64,000 nucleotides of DNA, taken from Octopus sinensis (Eukaryota). The position numbers were made by a program, and so were the translations under genes. The notes under the pieces are model-generated. The model searched no databases. It saw only the letters and a program-made list of their open reading frames with translations, and was not told the DNA's origin. Positions 24,465 through 37,372 of this stretch are shown here, piece after piece (positions within the stretch are counted from its first letter, which is position 1; the number at the start of each line of letters is the position of its first letter). The stretch spans positions 51,088,001-51,152,000 of the forward strand of contig NC_042998.1 of the NCBI RefSeq assembly GCF_006345805.1. Reading direction: 5' to 3'.

Positions 24465-24868
24465 GCCAGTACCGCATCGACTGGCCTCCGTGCTGTGGGC
24501 ACGTAACAAGCACCATCCGATCGTGGCCGTTCGCCAGCCTCATCTGGCACTTGTGTCGGTGGCACATAAAAACACCATCCGAGCGTGGCCGTCTGCCAGC
24601 CTCGTCTGGCACCTGTGTCGGTGGCACATAAAAAACACCATCCGAGCGTGGCCGTTCGCCAGCCTCGTCTGGCACCTGTGTCGGTGGCACATAAAATCAC
24701 CCACTACACTCTCGGAATGGTTGGCGTTAGGAAGGGCATCCAGCTGTAGAAACACTGCCAGATCTGACTGGCCTGGTGCAGCCTTCGGGCTCCCCAGACT
24801 CCAGTTGAACCGTCCAACCCATGCTAGCATGGAAAGCGGACGTTAAATGATGATGATGATGATGATGA
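24465..24868 (+). mobile_element. RTE-type 3'UTR with three ~62-bp internal tandem units
   Basis: Units start at 24511, 24573 and 24636; conserved box at 24723-24753; (GAT)n tail. Confidence 0.9.
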
Positions 24869-25230
24869 TATATATATAAAGTAACAAACTGAAGAAAAGA
24901 AATCTTTCAAAGGGGTGTATTAAATATCCAATTCACCGGTACATCAGTTGAATGCCATATAAATATTTGTATAATACAATTATAAAGATAAATAGAGAGA
25001 TACTATTGACAATCCAATAATTTATTTATATTATAGTATTACATGATATACTGTGAATATATCATAATATTATATAACATAAACAATTATTAAAACCATA
25101 AAAGGCCAACAAATTGTTTTGACTTTATAGATATTTTTTGATATACATACATAATAACAGTTCCCTTATATATAAAGTTACCTCAGGGTCATGTTTTAAA
25201 AATACACACACACACACACACATATATATA

Positions 25231-25616
25231 TTCTTATTTTCTTTTACATGTTTCGGTCCTTTGACTTCAGCCATACTGGAGGAACACCTTCAAAGGTTTT
25301 AGTTGAAGAAATTGACCCCAGAACTTATTGTTTGTAAGCCTCGTACTTATTGTATCGGCCTCTTTTGCCAAACCATTAAGTTATGGGAGTATAAACACAT
25401 CAAAACCAGTTGTCAAGTTGTGATGCGGGAACAAGCAGACACAAAAACACACACATATGTATATCATGGGCTTCTCTCAGATTCCATCTACCAAATCTAC
25501 TTACAAGGAATGGCTCGGCTGGAGGCAATATTAGAAGACACTTGCCCAAGATGCTATGCTGTGGGACTCAATGCCATTGGGAAGCAATTTCCTTACCACA
25601 CAGCCATGCCTGCACC
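25231..25616 (-). mobile_element. SINE family A, diverged
   Basis: Colinear with the other copies. Confidence 0.75.
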
Positions 25617-25649
25617 TATATATATTTGTAATTATATTTATATATATTT

Positions 25650-25716
<67 letters not shown>

Positions 25717-25870
25717 CATGATGGATGAATGGATGGACAGACAGGCAGACAGACAGACAGCTAGATGGATAGACAGATAGAGAGAGTGAGGGATGGATGG
25801 ATGGATGGATAGATAGATTGATAGGTAGATAGATAGACAGACAGACAGACAGATAGATAGATAGATAGAT
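25650..25870. repeat. (GATA)n/(GGAT)n/(GACA)n microsatellite
   Basis: Direct reading. Confidence 0.95.
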
Positions 25871-26069
25871 AGAAAGAGAGATGTATATCACTGAACAAAA
25901 TCACTCTGACATGGGTAGCATTAGTTCTCTAGATAATTTTTCTCAACCAATTAATGGGTTGATTGAGTAAACCAATCAATAATGAACCTATAATGACTAT
26001 TGGAAACGGCTGTACGTCGATTTTACTACAATAGAGAAATATGTAATGACCATTATTCATGCTTTGTCA

Positions 26070-26450
26070 TGGTAAGTAGCTTGCTTACCAGCCACATGGT
26101 TCCGGGTTCAGTCCCACTACGTGGCATCTTGAGCAAGTGTCTTCTACTATAGCCTCAGGCCTACCAAAGCCTTGTGAGTGGATTTGGTAGACAGAAACTG
26201 AAAGAAACCCGTCATATATATGTACATATGTGTGTGTGTATTTGTGTGTCTGTGTTTGTCACCCTAGCATTGCTTGACAACCGATGCTGGTGTGTTTATG
26301 TCCCTGTCAATCGGTGGTTCAGCAAAAGTGACTGATAGATTAAGTACTAGGCTTACAAAGAATAAGTCCTGGAGTCAATTTGCTCGACTAAAGGTGGTGC
26401 TCCAGCATGGCTGCAGTCAAATGACTGAAACAAGTAAAAGAGTAAAGAGT
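26070..26450 (+). mobile_element. SINE family A, slightly 5'-truncated
   Basis: GGTAAGTAGCTTGCTTACC through the AAACAAGTAAAAGAG tail. Confidence 0.9.
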
Positions 26451-26458
26451 ATATACAC

Positions 26459-26502
<44 letters not shown>

Positions 26503-26506
<4 letters not shown>

Positions 26507-26804
26507 TGTGATCATGTGACCAACTAGGCTATAAGATGTTGCTACACGTCACTGGTCACAATGCGCTTTGCATTGTTTTAGCCTTCAAATGACGCCACCC
26601 TGCTGGCTAAGTGAGCAGGCCAACAGAAGAAAGAGTGAGAGAAAGTTGCGGCGAAAGAGTACAGCAGGGATCGGCACCAACCCTGCTGCAGCCTCGTGGA
26701 GCTTTAGGTGTTTTCGCTACTCACAACACCCGGTCTGGGAATCGAAACCGTGATCCTATGACTGCGAGTCCGCTGCCCCAACCACTGGGCCATTGCACCT
26801 CCAC
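26503..26804 (-). mobile_element. SINE with family E head and a different tail ((CACATGAT)n)
   Basis: Shares sequence with 7579-7887 up to CAACTTTCTCTCACTCTTTC, then diverges. Confidence 0.8.
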
Positions 26805-26812
26805 ATATATAG

Positions 26813-27134
26813 GAGCACTCCGTCGGTTACGACGACGAGGGTCCCAGCTGATATGATCAACAGAACAGCCTGCTCATGAAATTAACGTGCAAGTGACTGA
26901 GCAATCCACAGACACACGTACCCCTAACGTAGTTCACAAGGAGATTCAGTGTGACACAGAGTGTGACAAGGCTGGCCCTTTGAAATACGGGTACAACTCA
27001 TTTTTGCCAGCTGAGTGGACTGGAGCAACGTGAAATAAAGTGTCTTGCTCAAGGGCACAATGCGCCGCCTGGAATCGAACTCACGACCTTACAATCGTGA
27101 GCCAAATGCCTTAACCATAAAGCCACATGCCTTC
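26813..27134 (-). mobile_element. SINE family B, tail type 1
   Basis: Reverse complement is colinear with 5347-5662. Confidence 0.9.
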
Positions 27135-27399
27135 CCACACACACACACCCACACACATATATATATATACATCTGTTCACATACATAAGGTGCCTGTATG
27201 TGAGTACATATTTGTGGTTATGTATACACCAGTGTAAGAAAGCGTAGGGAGGTTTATGTTATGTCCCTTTATGTCCCATAACAGTGACTCAACTAACAGA
27301 AGTCAATAACATAAGTCGCAGACAGCAATAAGCACTGTGGTTGGTACAATGAATGGAAAGCTTTGAAGGTAGTGACCCAGCATAGCCTCAACCAAATGA

Positions 27400-27818
27400 C
27401 TATATATACATATGTCTATATATATCTATATATATATGTGTGTGTGTGTGTATTTACATATATATATATTTAGTTATATATGTTGTTATATGTATATATG
27501 TGTGTCATTTTTTATAGAGACATGTGTGTGTGTGTGTCTGTGTCTGTTTGCATACATAAATACATACTTACATACATGTACATACATATGTAATACTGTA
27601 CAGTACATATGTATTATAATATCATCAACGCTGACGAAGGGAAATAAATCGATATCTTAGGATATGTGTAAATGTAACTGAATTAAACATATAATATAGC
27701 TAGGATAAAGAAAAAGACCATCAACAACAACAACAACAACAAAATTAATGTGTATAGATTGTATTAATAAAAATAAACAGATATGAAATGTACTTCTAAT
27801 ATAACAATACAGAGGCAA

Positions 27819-27856
<38 letters not shown>

Positions 27857-28037
27857 CACACATATATATATATGTACATAAGTATGTAAATATATACATA
27901 CATACATATATATAAACATATATATATGTATATCATCATCATCATCATCATCATTTAGCGTCCGTTCTCCATGCTAGCATGGGTTATATATATATATACA
28001 CACACATAAACATACATTTATTATACATGTATGTATA

Positions 28038-28089
<52 letters not shown>

Positions 28090-28103
28090 TACATATATAC
28101 ATG

Positions 28104-28135
<32 letters not shown>

Positions 28136-28342
28136 CAAGTATGTATATGTATATATACACACACATATATACATACATATACACAACTGTGACTATATAT
28201 ATATCTTATTAAGTATATACATATATGTATATATATGTATGTGTACACATACACACACATATATATATGTATACATATATATACATTATATATATATACA
28301 CATATATATATATTTACATATATATATGTATATATATTATAT

Positions 28343-28398
<56 letters not shown>

Positions 28399-28470
28399 CA
28401 TATATACATACATATATATATATATATATACATATATATATGCGCGCACACACACACACACAAATACATA
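27400..28470. repeat. Compound (AT)n/(AC)n microsatellite block
   Basis: Direct reading. Confidence 0.9.
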
Positions 28471-28632
28471 TATGTATGGAATGCAGAAATAATACATGTT
28501 TGGTGACAAATATAACACAAACATAAGGGAAATAACAGGGCATTTTTTTCATTGTAGTTTTTAGCATTTTTCTTTATCTTCTTGTATGTTTTGTTTTCTT
28601 TCGGTTTTTGGGTGGATAGTCTGGAGAGAGAG

Positions 28633-28669
<37 letters not shown>

Positions 28670-29028
28670 TAGAGAGAGACAGAGAGACAGATAGAGAGAG
28701 ACAGACAGAGAGAGAACTAGAGTATCATACACTGATGCAATAGATATAACGTTATTATAAAAGAACACAGCAGAGAATAACAGTAGACAAAAGATATTAC
28801 ACAGCGTGAACATATTAAATATTAAAGCTTGATATATCAAATATAAATGGTGACAGACGCTGCAAAAATCAGAACTATTTCCCAGTGAACCAAGTCAGCA
28901 AACAGTGGTTTTGGTTCCCACTTCAAGTCAATCCATTGTATTTTCACCACTGATGTCCTAGTCTTTGCTTTGATCCTCACTCAATAGCATTTTAAGGAAG
29001 TGTCTTTCTTGCATAGTGTGTAGCCCAG

Positions 29029-29300
29029 TGTGTAGCCTAGTGGTTAGAGTGTTGCATTCAGGATCCTAAAATCATCATTTCAATTCCCAGGCCAGGCAGT
29101 ACATTGTGGTCCTTGAGCAAAACACTTTATTTAACTTAGTTCAACTACACTCAGTTCTAAATAAGTTCCAAAAGAAGCTGGAGAATTGTGTGTAGCCTAG
29201 GGGTTAGGGTGTCGCATTCATGATCCTAAGATCATTTCAATTCCCAGACCAGGCAGTACATTGTGGTCCTTGAGCAAAACACTTCATTTCACTTAGTTCA
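29029..29300 (+). mobile_element. Locally duplicated degenerate SINE B head (2 copies)
   Basis: 29029-29145 and 29187-29300 share the same derived substitutions. Confidence 0.7.
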
Positions 29301-29302
29301 AG

Positions 29303-29844
29303 GAGATGAGACTTCCTGGAAAGTTCCGAGGATGAGATTTCGTGGAAAATTCTGGGGGTTTTCATGGAAAAGTTCCGATGATTTCATGGAATGTTCCGAG
29401 GATGAGTCTTCCTGGAAAATTCCAAGGACTTCCTGGAAATTTCCGAGGATGATACTTCCTGAAAAATTCCGAGGATCTCCTGGAAAGTTCCGAGGATGAA
29501 AGATTTCCTAGAAAGTTCCAAGGATGAGACTTCCTAGAAAATTCCGTGGCCTGTCTGGAAAGTTCCGAAGATGAGAGACTTCCTTAAAATTTCCGAGAAT
29601 GAGTTTTCCTGGAAAATTCTGAGGATTTCCAGGAAAGTTCCGATGATGAGGGACCCACCGGAAAGTTCTGAGGATGGGACATCCAAGAAAATTCCAGGGG
29701 TTTCATGGAAATTTCCGAGAATGAAAGACTTCCTGGAAAGTTCCGAGGAAATCATGGAAACTTCCGAGGTTGAGACTTCCTAGAAAATTCTGAGGATTTC
29801 CTGGAAAGTTCTGAGGATGAGAGACTTCCTGGAAGGTTCCGAGG
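29303..29844. repeat. Minisatellite, ~22 units of 20-29 bp, core TTCCTGGAAAGTTCCGAGG
   Basis: Units counted by eye; long and short units tend to alternate. Confidence 0.95.
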
Positions 29845-29849
29845 TGTAG

Positions 29850-31290
29850 TGGGTTCTTTCTATTGCACCAGCTTCCTTTTGTCAATTCTGCCTTAACAAC
29901 TGTTACTTCAGAGCACTGGAAAATTGCCAGTGTTATTCCCCTGTTCAAAACAGGTGATCGCACATCACCTGTCAAGTCAGCCTTACTAGCTGCATCGCCA
30001 AACTGACGGAGTCCTGTGTCAGGGAAACACTCTCGAAGTTTTAGTCCTCTCACAGCCTTATTTAGCTCTCACAATTTGGTTTTATCCCCAATTCCAGCTG
30101 CTGTAGTCGAGTTTCTTGAGAACATCACCTGAGTTATTGATGGCGGCTCATGGGTGGATACTGTCTACCCTGATTTTGCTAAAGCCTTCAACTCTGTACC
30201 ACACAAATGACTCATGGAAAAATCTCTGCAGTGTGTGTGAAGGATGTTCTCTATAACTGGCCGAAGTCCTTCATTCTTGACCAGAAAGATGTAGTTACAG
30301 TTCTAGGACATCGTTCTTCACCCTATGAGATTACTTCTGGTGTACCACAGGGATCTGTTCTTGGACTGTTACTGATGGTTGCATATATTAAAGATATAGA
30401 TGCCAATTTGAGGAATGTTTCAGTGCTGAAATATGCAGATGACACTAAGCTGTACCTTGAAATAAAAAGAACAGATCCTATTCTGCAATCAGACCTGAAT
30501 ACGATTCAGTAGTGGACCTCTGACTGGCAACTCAAGCTAGCTGTAGACAAGTATGTCACCATGCATTTTGGGAGGAAAAGTCCAGCCTTTACATACTTCC
30601 TCAGCAACACCAATCTCAAGAAGTCGTCTAGCGGACATGATCTGGGTATTATTGTAAACAACAATCTGCATTGGACAAACCACATATCTAAGATTGTCAA
30701 AACGGCTGAGGGGGTGCTAGCATCACTCAGTAAGACCTTTGTCAGCCACTCTCCAGCTATCTATTTAAAATTGTATACGACAATGGTATGTCTACACTTG
30801 GAATTTGCATCACCAGTCTGGAACCCCTCTCTTGCTCAGCATATAAATCTCCTGGAAACTGTTCAGAAATATACAACAAAGCGAATACCTGCCGTCAGAC
30901 ATCTGCCATACTCTGAACGTCTTGCATTCCTGGGCATGGATACATTAAAGTTCAGACGTCTGGCAACTGACTTGATTGACACCCATAAGATTATCCACCA
31001 TATTTCCAACAACAACCTCGGGTACCTTTTTGAATTCCATATGATAAACACTTTTATAAAATCAAAAACAACACAGCACCCATGACTTTCAGAAACAATT
31101 TTTCATGCTCGGAATTGCAGAAGCATGGAATAAACCACCTGCATCAGTTGTTAGCTGTTGTGACACTACAGCCTTCAAAACTTCCATGTGTCCTGAAATC
31201 CGCCAACAGTACACCTGATGGCCATTTTTTTCTTTTTAGTTGTAGTGCACCTGAGCACTGTATACAACAATTTCCTTCATCATTATATAT
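29850..31290 (+). mobile_element. 5'-truncated CR1-group LINE, RT pseudogene
   Basis: WKIASVIPLFKTGD, DFAKAFNSV, GVPQGSVLG, YADD (30432-30443), LEFASPVWNP, YSERL; stops and frameshifts. Confidence 0.9.
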
Positions 31291-31694
31291 GTGTGTGTGT
31301 TGACTTTCTGTGCAACATTTTATGGCTGTTACTTAATGTAATGTCACACACTCACTTCTGTTCCCAATCAGTGGTACCCTAAGCAGTGTTCAATATTTGG
31401 TGCAAGACTGTCTCTCTTTTCTATCTATTTCTCTGCCCTTCTCCTCTCCCCTCTATCTACCTCTCTACCTATCTGCTGCTTTCCCCTCTTTACTGCCTTC
31501 CATTTCTTCCTCTGTCCATCTCTGTCAACTACCTACTGTCTATCTCTATTCCCTTATTTCTCTGCACTCTCTCTTTCTCCCTACTTACTCTTCCCTAACC
31601 TTCTCTACTCTCTTTCTTCACTTTTTTGGTACCAAAAGACAATCCAATTTTTTATCACTCATCGTTTTTCTACTTGACCTGTGCATAGGTAAGA

Positions 31695-31890
31695 CTTCAT
31701 CGTTTAATGTCCATTTTCCATGCTGGCATAGGTTGAACAGTTTGACTGGGGCCTGGGAGGCCAGGAGGCTGCACCAGGCTCTAGTCTGATCTGGCAGTGT
31801 TTCTACAGCTGGATGCCCTTCCTAATACCAACCACTCTGAGAGTGTAGTGGGTGCTTTTTTTAACGTGCCACTGGCACAGGGGCCAATCT
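31695..31890 (-). mobile_element. RTE-type tail element
   Basis: TTTCTACAGCTGGATGCCCTTCCTAATACC box on the plus strand. Confidence 0.8.
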
Positions 31891-32239
31891 CCTGCCTAGT
31901 ACTCATTTCAGATCCCCAGTTTATCTTTTCACTTCTCATTCTTTTCTTTTCTTCTAACTTCCTTCCCTCTACTCCATCTCTCTATCCTTCTCCTGAGACT
32001 TCTCATTGTACCTTTGGAACACAAGCACCACTAGTTTCTTCCTTTTTCTTTGTTAGTTTTTGTCATGTAGTGTCCCACATTTTGAAATACTTGCAATTTG
32101 TATTTTTACTGCTTATGTTAGCTCTGCTTGATACATTTCCAAAATTAAACATTTTAATATGCAAAATAGACTTCATATTATTACATATACTATGCATTAA
32201 TGCAAAAAATATTGTGTTTATTGGCTATCTTCAAAATGA

Positions 32240-32660
32240 TCACACCATCAATGGAAAATTTCAATACCAACTTCCTAACACTATCAAGACCAAACACCCA
32301 GAAAAACTGATGAACGGGGTCTTGTTTCATTAGGACAATGCTTCAGCACACAAGTCCTTGGTTTCTGGCTTTGAACTGGTTGATCATCCTCCCTATGTTA
32401 GTGATTTGGTTCCTTCTAGTTATCATCTGTTTCCCAACATAGAAAAACACTCAGCTGAGCACCAGTATAACTATGATGAGAACATCTTATCTGTTGTTGA
32501 TGACCATTTCGATCAACAGAAAAGCTTCTTCACCAGTGCGATCCAAGCACTGCAACTACTTATGGAAGTGTGTGGATAGTAAGAGGAACTATGTTAGAAA
32601 ATGAACTTCATTTGGTCACATTCCATTGAGAGTGTCTTACTCAGATTATGAACATTATTA
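32240..32660 (+). mobile_element. mariner transposase C-terminal remnant
   Basis: VLFH*DNASAH and DHPPYVSDLVPSSYHLFP match mariner DNA..H and HPPYSPDLAPSD motifs. Confidence 0.9.
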
Positions 32661-32754
32661 TTATACCTGCATTTGTTTTAATGTTAACATTGGAAAAACC
32701 CACATTTTTCATTAAAAAATTAGGACCTGGGTTTGCACCCCCTTAGCAAATTTT

Positions 32755-32955
32755 GTTGCTGGGCCACTGCCAGTGTCAGTTTGTTTATGCCCCTGTAACT
32801 CAGTAGCTTCACAAAAATGAACTGATAAAACAAGTACATAAGTGCCAAGCTTAAAAATACAAGTACTGAGGTCAATTTGTTCAACTAAATCCTTAAAAAT
32901 GGTGCCCCAGCATGGCCAAAATCCAATGACTGAAACAAATGAAAGAGAAAAGAAT
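32755..32955 (+). mobile_element. SINE family A, 3' half
   Basis: GTTTATGCCCCTGTAACT...CCAGCATGGCC...GACTGAAACAA. Confidence 0.7.
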
Positions 32956-35253
32956 GCACTCAAAGTTTCACTGCTTTTTTTTTTAACAAAAACTTGTGCA
33001 TAAAACATGACTTTTGAGAAAACCAGTAACTTCTACATTATACTGTACTGTATGCCTTATTCAGCCTGTAAAATATCTAACTGCTCAGAAAAAAAATGTT
33101 TTTTTCTCAGAAGAAAAAATGTTTTCCACTTGGTAAGTAAACCATTATCCCATTACATTTCTCAGGCTTCTCAATCTGCTTCTGTTACCATTTTTATAAT
33201 GAGATCCTTCGAATTTCTTTATTGAACAATACCTGTATTTAAACCTGCATTGAAAAGAAAATCACTTTTTCTTCTTTCTTAACATCTACATTATATTTCA
33301 ATGCTTTAATCTAGTTGTAAACACCCTATCCCAATTTTCCTGTACTTGGAAATGCATCCCCTTGGAATTATCAACACCTACCCACCCCCATACACACATG
33401 TGCCACACCTCACATGTTCCAACTAATCATTAGCCAAAATTAAAATTAGTCATTAAACTATTCAATCTCATCCAACTATTCCTGCCAAGCTGAAATGAAC
33501 AAGTTGTGTCTGCTTTTTCCTCTTTGGACTAACATGCAAGAAAAACACAGTTGCAATTCCTCCAATAATAATTACAATGCACTTCAGAGTAGGTTGCATG
33601 AAGCTATAAAGATATAAAAGAAATGAAATAAAAAGACAAGTAATAAAATTGACTGAGCTAATTGGCAGAACAGCTAATGGCAAAATTAATCAAGATTCAA
33701 AATTTATAGTTTGGCTTCGGTTCCAACTATCATCAGTAAATAATTAATGAGCTGGTTTCAAAATATGTACCTGAAGGCATTTGCTAGAAGTTTACTTATG
33801 TCAATTTAGAACAGCCATATACCTGAATTATGCGTTGCATGTGAAGTAATATCAAAGAATTTGATCAGAAGAATTTTTCTTTTTTTCTTTTTCTTTTTTT
33901 TTTTTTTTGAGTAGTCAAACTCATGCATAAATATATTTGTTATTAAGTTAATCTTTTTAGATGGGAATTTGAAAATTATAATTTTGGTCCTGAAATTTCT
34001 ATGCTGAACTTTTTACTTTTCACATAGCTATTTTTTTAAATGTTCATGTTTTAATTCAAAAGTCAATGCTTATGGAAAGATCTAAGTTAAAATAACTTAG
34101 TCCATGCAACAGAATCAATGGAAAATATGAAAAAAAAAAGAAAGTGTGTTTGTCTGAAAAACAATTTCAGAAATCAAAAAGATACGAACGTTGCAAAGCT
34201 AATGGTTTACATGAAAGAGATATTCACAGGTCAAAATAAGTTGCAATATTTAGTATGAGAGTGCTCAATAGTTAGTAAGAAACATAGTTTGATGTGCAGT
34301 ATCATTCTGGCACTGAAAGGGCAGGAAGTTTATATATATTCTCAGAAATTTTGCAGACACCTACAATAGAATCAATAATTTCTGCTTCTGATCATAAAAT
34401 GGGGAAACAGTTGGGATCACTGGGTGATTAGGAGAGATGTAAAGAGTCATCTGTCCATAGAGACAACAAAGAAATTTATGCTACATAAAAGTAATATGAA
34501 AAGCCGTGTGATGTGCAAGTTGTAAAAATTGTATAATACAGAAGGGAAAAATAGGCAACTAAATCATAAAAACTGCTTACTACATACAAGAGATGTAACG
34601 ACAATTTTGAAAGTGAATATTAATATATTTTGACTTTGTCATAAACCGAAATTTGAAAAGGGAGACAGTAAATTGAATATATCGTGATTTATAACCAGTA
34701 TTATATTTTATCGTGACTTAATCAATTAAAATTTAAATTTTAAACCAGCAGATTTCGAACACAAAACAAGAGCATATTCAATTAAACAGAATGAGTGTTA
34801 CATTATAAGGCACAAAAAGAAAATGATTCTCCCCAGACACAACAGAATATGCTTCAACACACAAACTCATATGAAGAATCTTGCAAACCAAATCCAAAAA
34901 CGAAATAGAATAAAATAGAATTATTTGGAATTTTAAAAATATATTTATCACTAGATTAAAGTAATATATATATATATAAATGCATATTTGCTCTGAAGTG
35001 TGTAAGTTGTAAATGGAAGGTTATTGAGTATAGAAGCTTAATGAGACGTGAAGAGTGAAATTATTTGCATATGAGAGTATGTTGTTCGTGCTGTGAGTAG
35101 GTCCTTGATATACAGAAAGAAGAGTGTGACAGATACTGCTGGACTTTGGTGTACACCAGAGTTGATAAAATGTAGGCCAAAAAGAACTATGTCAGCACAT
35201 ACAGCAGTGGTGTGGTTTGAGAAGAAGTTCCCTATCCAAGAAATGAGGACAGA

Positions 35254-35831
35254 TGTCGACCAGAGATGGGAAACTAAGCTCAATAAAAATACAAAAATAA
35301 TGATGAAATGAAAGATACAGCAGGATGTACAGAAATAAATCCTGGTGATCAAAAGTACAGTGGAGAGTACAGTAGAAAGTACAGCAGTAAAACAATGTCA
35401 CTAAAAATACAGTAGAATGTACATAAGAAAGTGTAGTGATGCTATTTTTGGAAGTTTTCAGCGTGCATGCGCAGAGTTGGATTACTTCTGGTAGGCCGCC
35501 GGAAGTTCCCTCATGTGCATGCACAGAGAACTGCAAACTGAAAGCATTCCCGCTAAATCTCTCTTTTTGAATCAGCAACCCTACCGAGTGGATGTGACCA
35601 ACCTTCTCTCAGGGAAAGCCCTACATATAGAGAAGCTCTCTTCTCAGTGGGAACGGAGACGGTAATTTTGGTTCACACAAGTGAACATTTGTGAACAGTC
35701 TTGTGGACTTGGCTACCGGTTCGCCCTTAAAGAAAATATATGTGTATATATTTTTTATTTGCGAAACCCGGAAAAATAAAGTATTATTTATTGCTATTGA
35801 AGACAGTAGGATTTTTGTTCTCCCTTCGACA
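35254..35831 (+). mobile_element. Possible LTR (or CpG-rich promoter)
   Basis: TGTCGA...TCGACA termini; AATAAA at 35775-35780; purine-rich run upstream; degenerate PBS-like sequence downstream; NRF1- and ETS-like motifs inside; no TSD found. Confidence 0.45.
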
Positions 35832-36089
35832 ATTGTGTGACAAGATAAGTCAGACACCCCTCAAGTGTTCCTGGGACCTTCATCTTGTTACAAAAGTATA
35901 AGGTTAAACATACAGTAAAAAGTACATTACACTGAACTGTAAAATATACAGGGTGAGTCAAAAGTCATGCACAAAGTAAGTTCAATATGCTCTGTAACTG
36001 TTAAAGACTGCAGTAACTTTCACATGACAGAGGACATGACCATATATTAAAAAGAAACTTAAATTCTGTTATGCCCTAACATAATTCTT

Positions 36090-36300
36090 TCTAATGTTGG
36101 CACAAGGTCTGAAATTTTGAGGGAAATGGGGAAAGTTGATTACATTGATTGCTGTCCTTGATTGGTACTCTATTTTACTGACCCTGAAAGGATGAAAGGC
36201 AAAGTTGACCTCAGCAGGATTTGAGCTGAGAAAGTAAAGAGGCAGAAGAAACAATGCAAAGCATTTTTTTCAATGTACTAAGACTCTGCAAGCTGGCCAC
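36090..36300 (-). mobile_element. SINE family C
   Basis: GAAAGGATGAAAGGCAAAGTTGACCTC signature on the plus strand. Confidence 0.8.
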
Positions 36301-36589
36301 CTTATAACTCTCTAATATAATACACAGACAAAAGAAGTGGACAATAAAACTAGCCAACTAGAAGTGCACGACACCCATTATGAGCTATGCTAATTCTGTT
36401 TCAGCCTTACAAAATGAAATTACGGCTCTCACCCTACAATCACAAAGTGTCTGTTGCAGTATCAGTTAAGAGGCTACAAACAGCATGTCTACTTGATACT
36501 TGAACAGTAAATGGAAAATATCAAGACTTTTCCTGCAATGAATTCTTCTCACCAGTTCCCAAATACACCAATCTGACCATACGACAGGC

Positions 36590-36995
36590 ACCCATGCCAA
36601 CCCCCTTTGCTTGCGAAGACATGTTGGGGCAAGCGAAATCGAAATCGAATTGAACCAGCCAGGATCCCTGGTCTGGTGGTACATAAAAAGCACTATCCGA
36701 CTCGTGGCCGATGCCAGCACCGCCTCGTCTGGCTTCCGTGCCGGTGGCACATAAAATACACCAATCCGACCGTGGCCATTGCCAGCCTCGCCTGGCACCT
36801 GTGCAGGTGGCACGTAAAAAGCACCCACTACACTCACGGAGTGGTTGGCGTTAGGAAGGGCATCCAGCTGTAGAAACACTGCCAGATAAGACTGGAGCCT
36901 GGTGCAGCCTTCTGGCTTCCCAGATCCCCGGTCAAACCGTCCAACCCATGCTAGCATGGAGAACGGACGTTAAACGATGATGATGATGATGATGA
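36590..36995 (+). mobile_element. RTE-type 3'UTR with two internal units
   Basis: Conserved box at 36847-36877 and (GAT)n tail. Confidence 0.9.
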
Positions 36996-37340
36996 GTTCC
37001 CACTGCAAATCTAGGGTGATGTAGTGCTAGGTTACTTCCAAGCATTTGATTAGCTAACTGTACATCATTGATCATCTTCAGCAGAGCTGATTAAGGCTGA
37101 TATCAAATATGTAGTTATTGCAACCAAATTTATCTACAGGGAACAAATTCACCTAATGCAAAAATTTCAAAGATATTTTGCTGGTATAAAACTTCTGATT
37201 TTTTTCTTTCTTTTTTTTTTTTTTAACTCTGTGTAATTTTTCAGAGTACCATAACCCAAAATTAACAATTCACAAATCAAAGATTTTTTTTTCTATCCTT
37301 ACTATCTCCTGAAACTTCTGCAGGAAATTTTGTCATCTTT

Positions 37341-37372
<32 letters not shown>

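Noticed and set aside
27625-27660. CTGACGAAGGG hammerhead start
   Set aside because: No closing stem II or GAAAC follows.
29303-29844. CRISPR-like array
   Set aside because: The units are degenerate and contiguous with no unique spacers; the context is eukaryotic with no cas genes.
35093-35311. 72-aa ORF as a host exon
   Set aside because: No recognisable domain; it may be decayed retroelement sequence adjoining the LTR-like segment.
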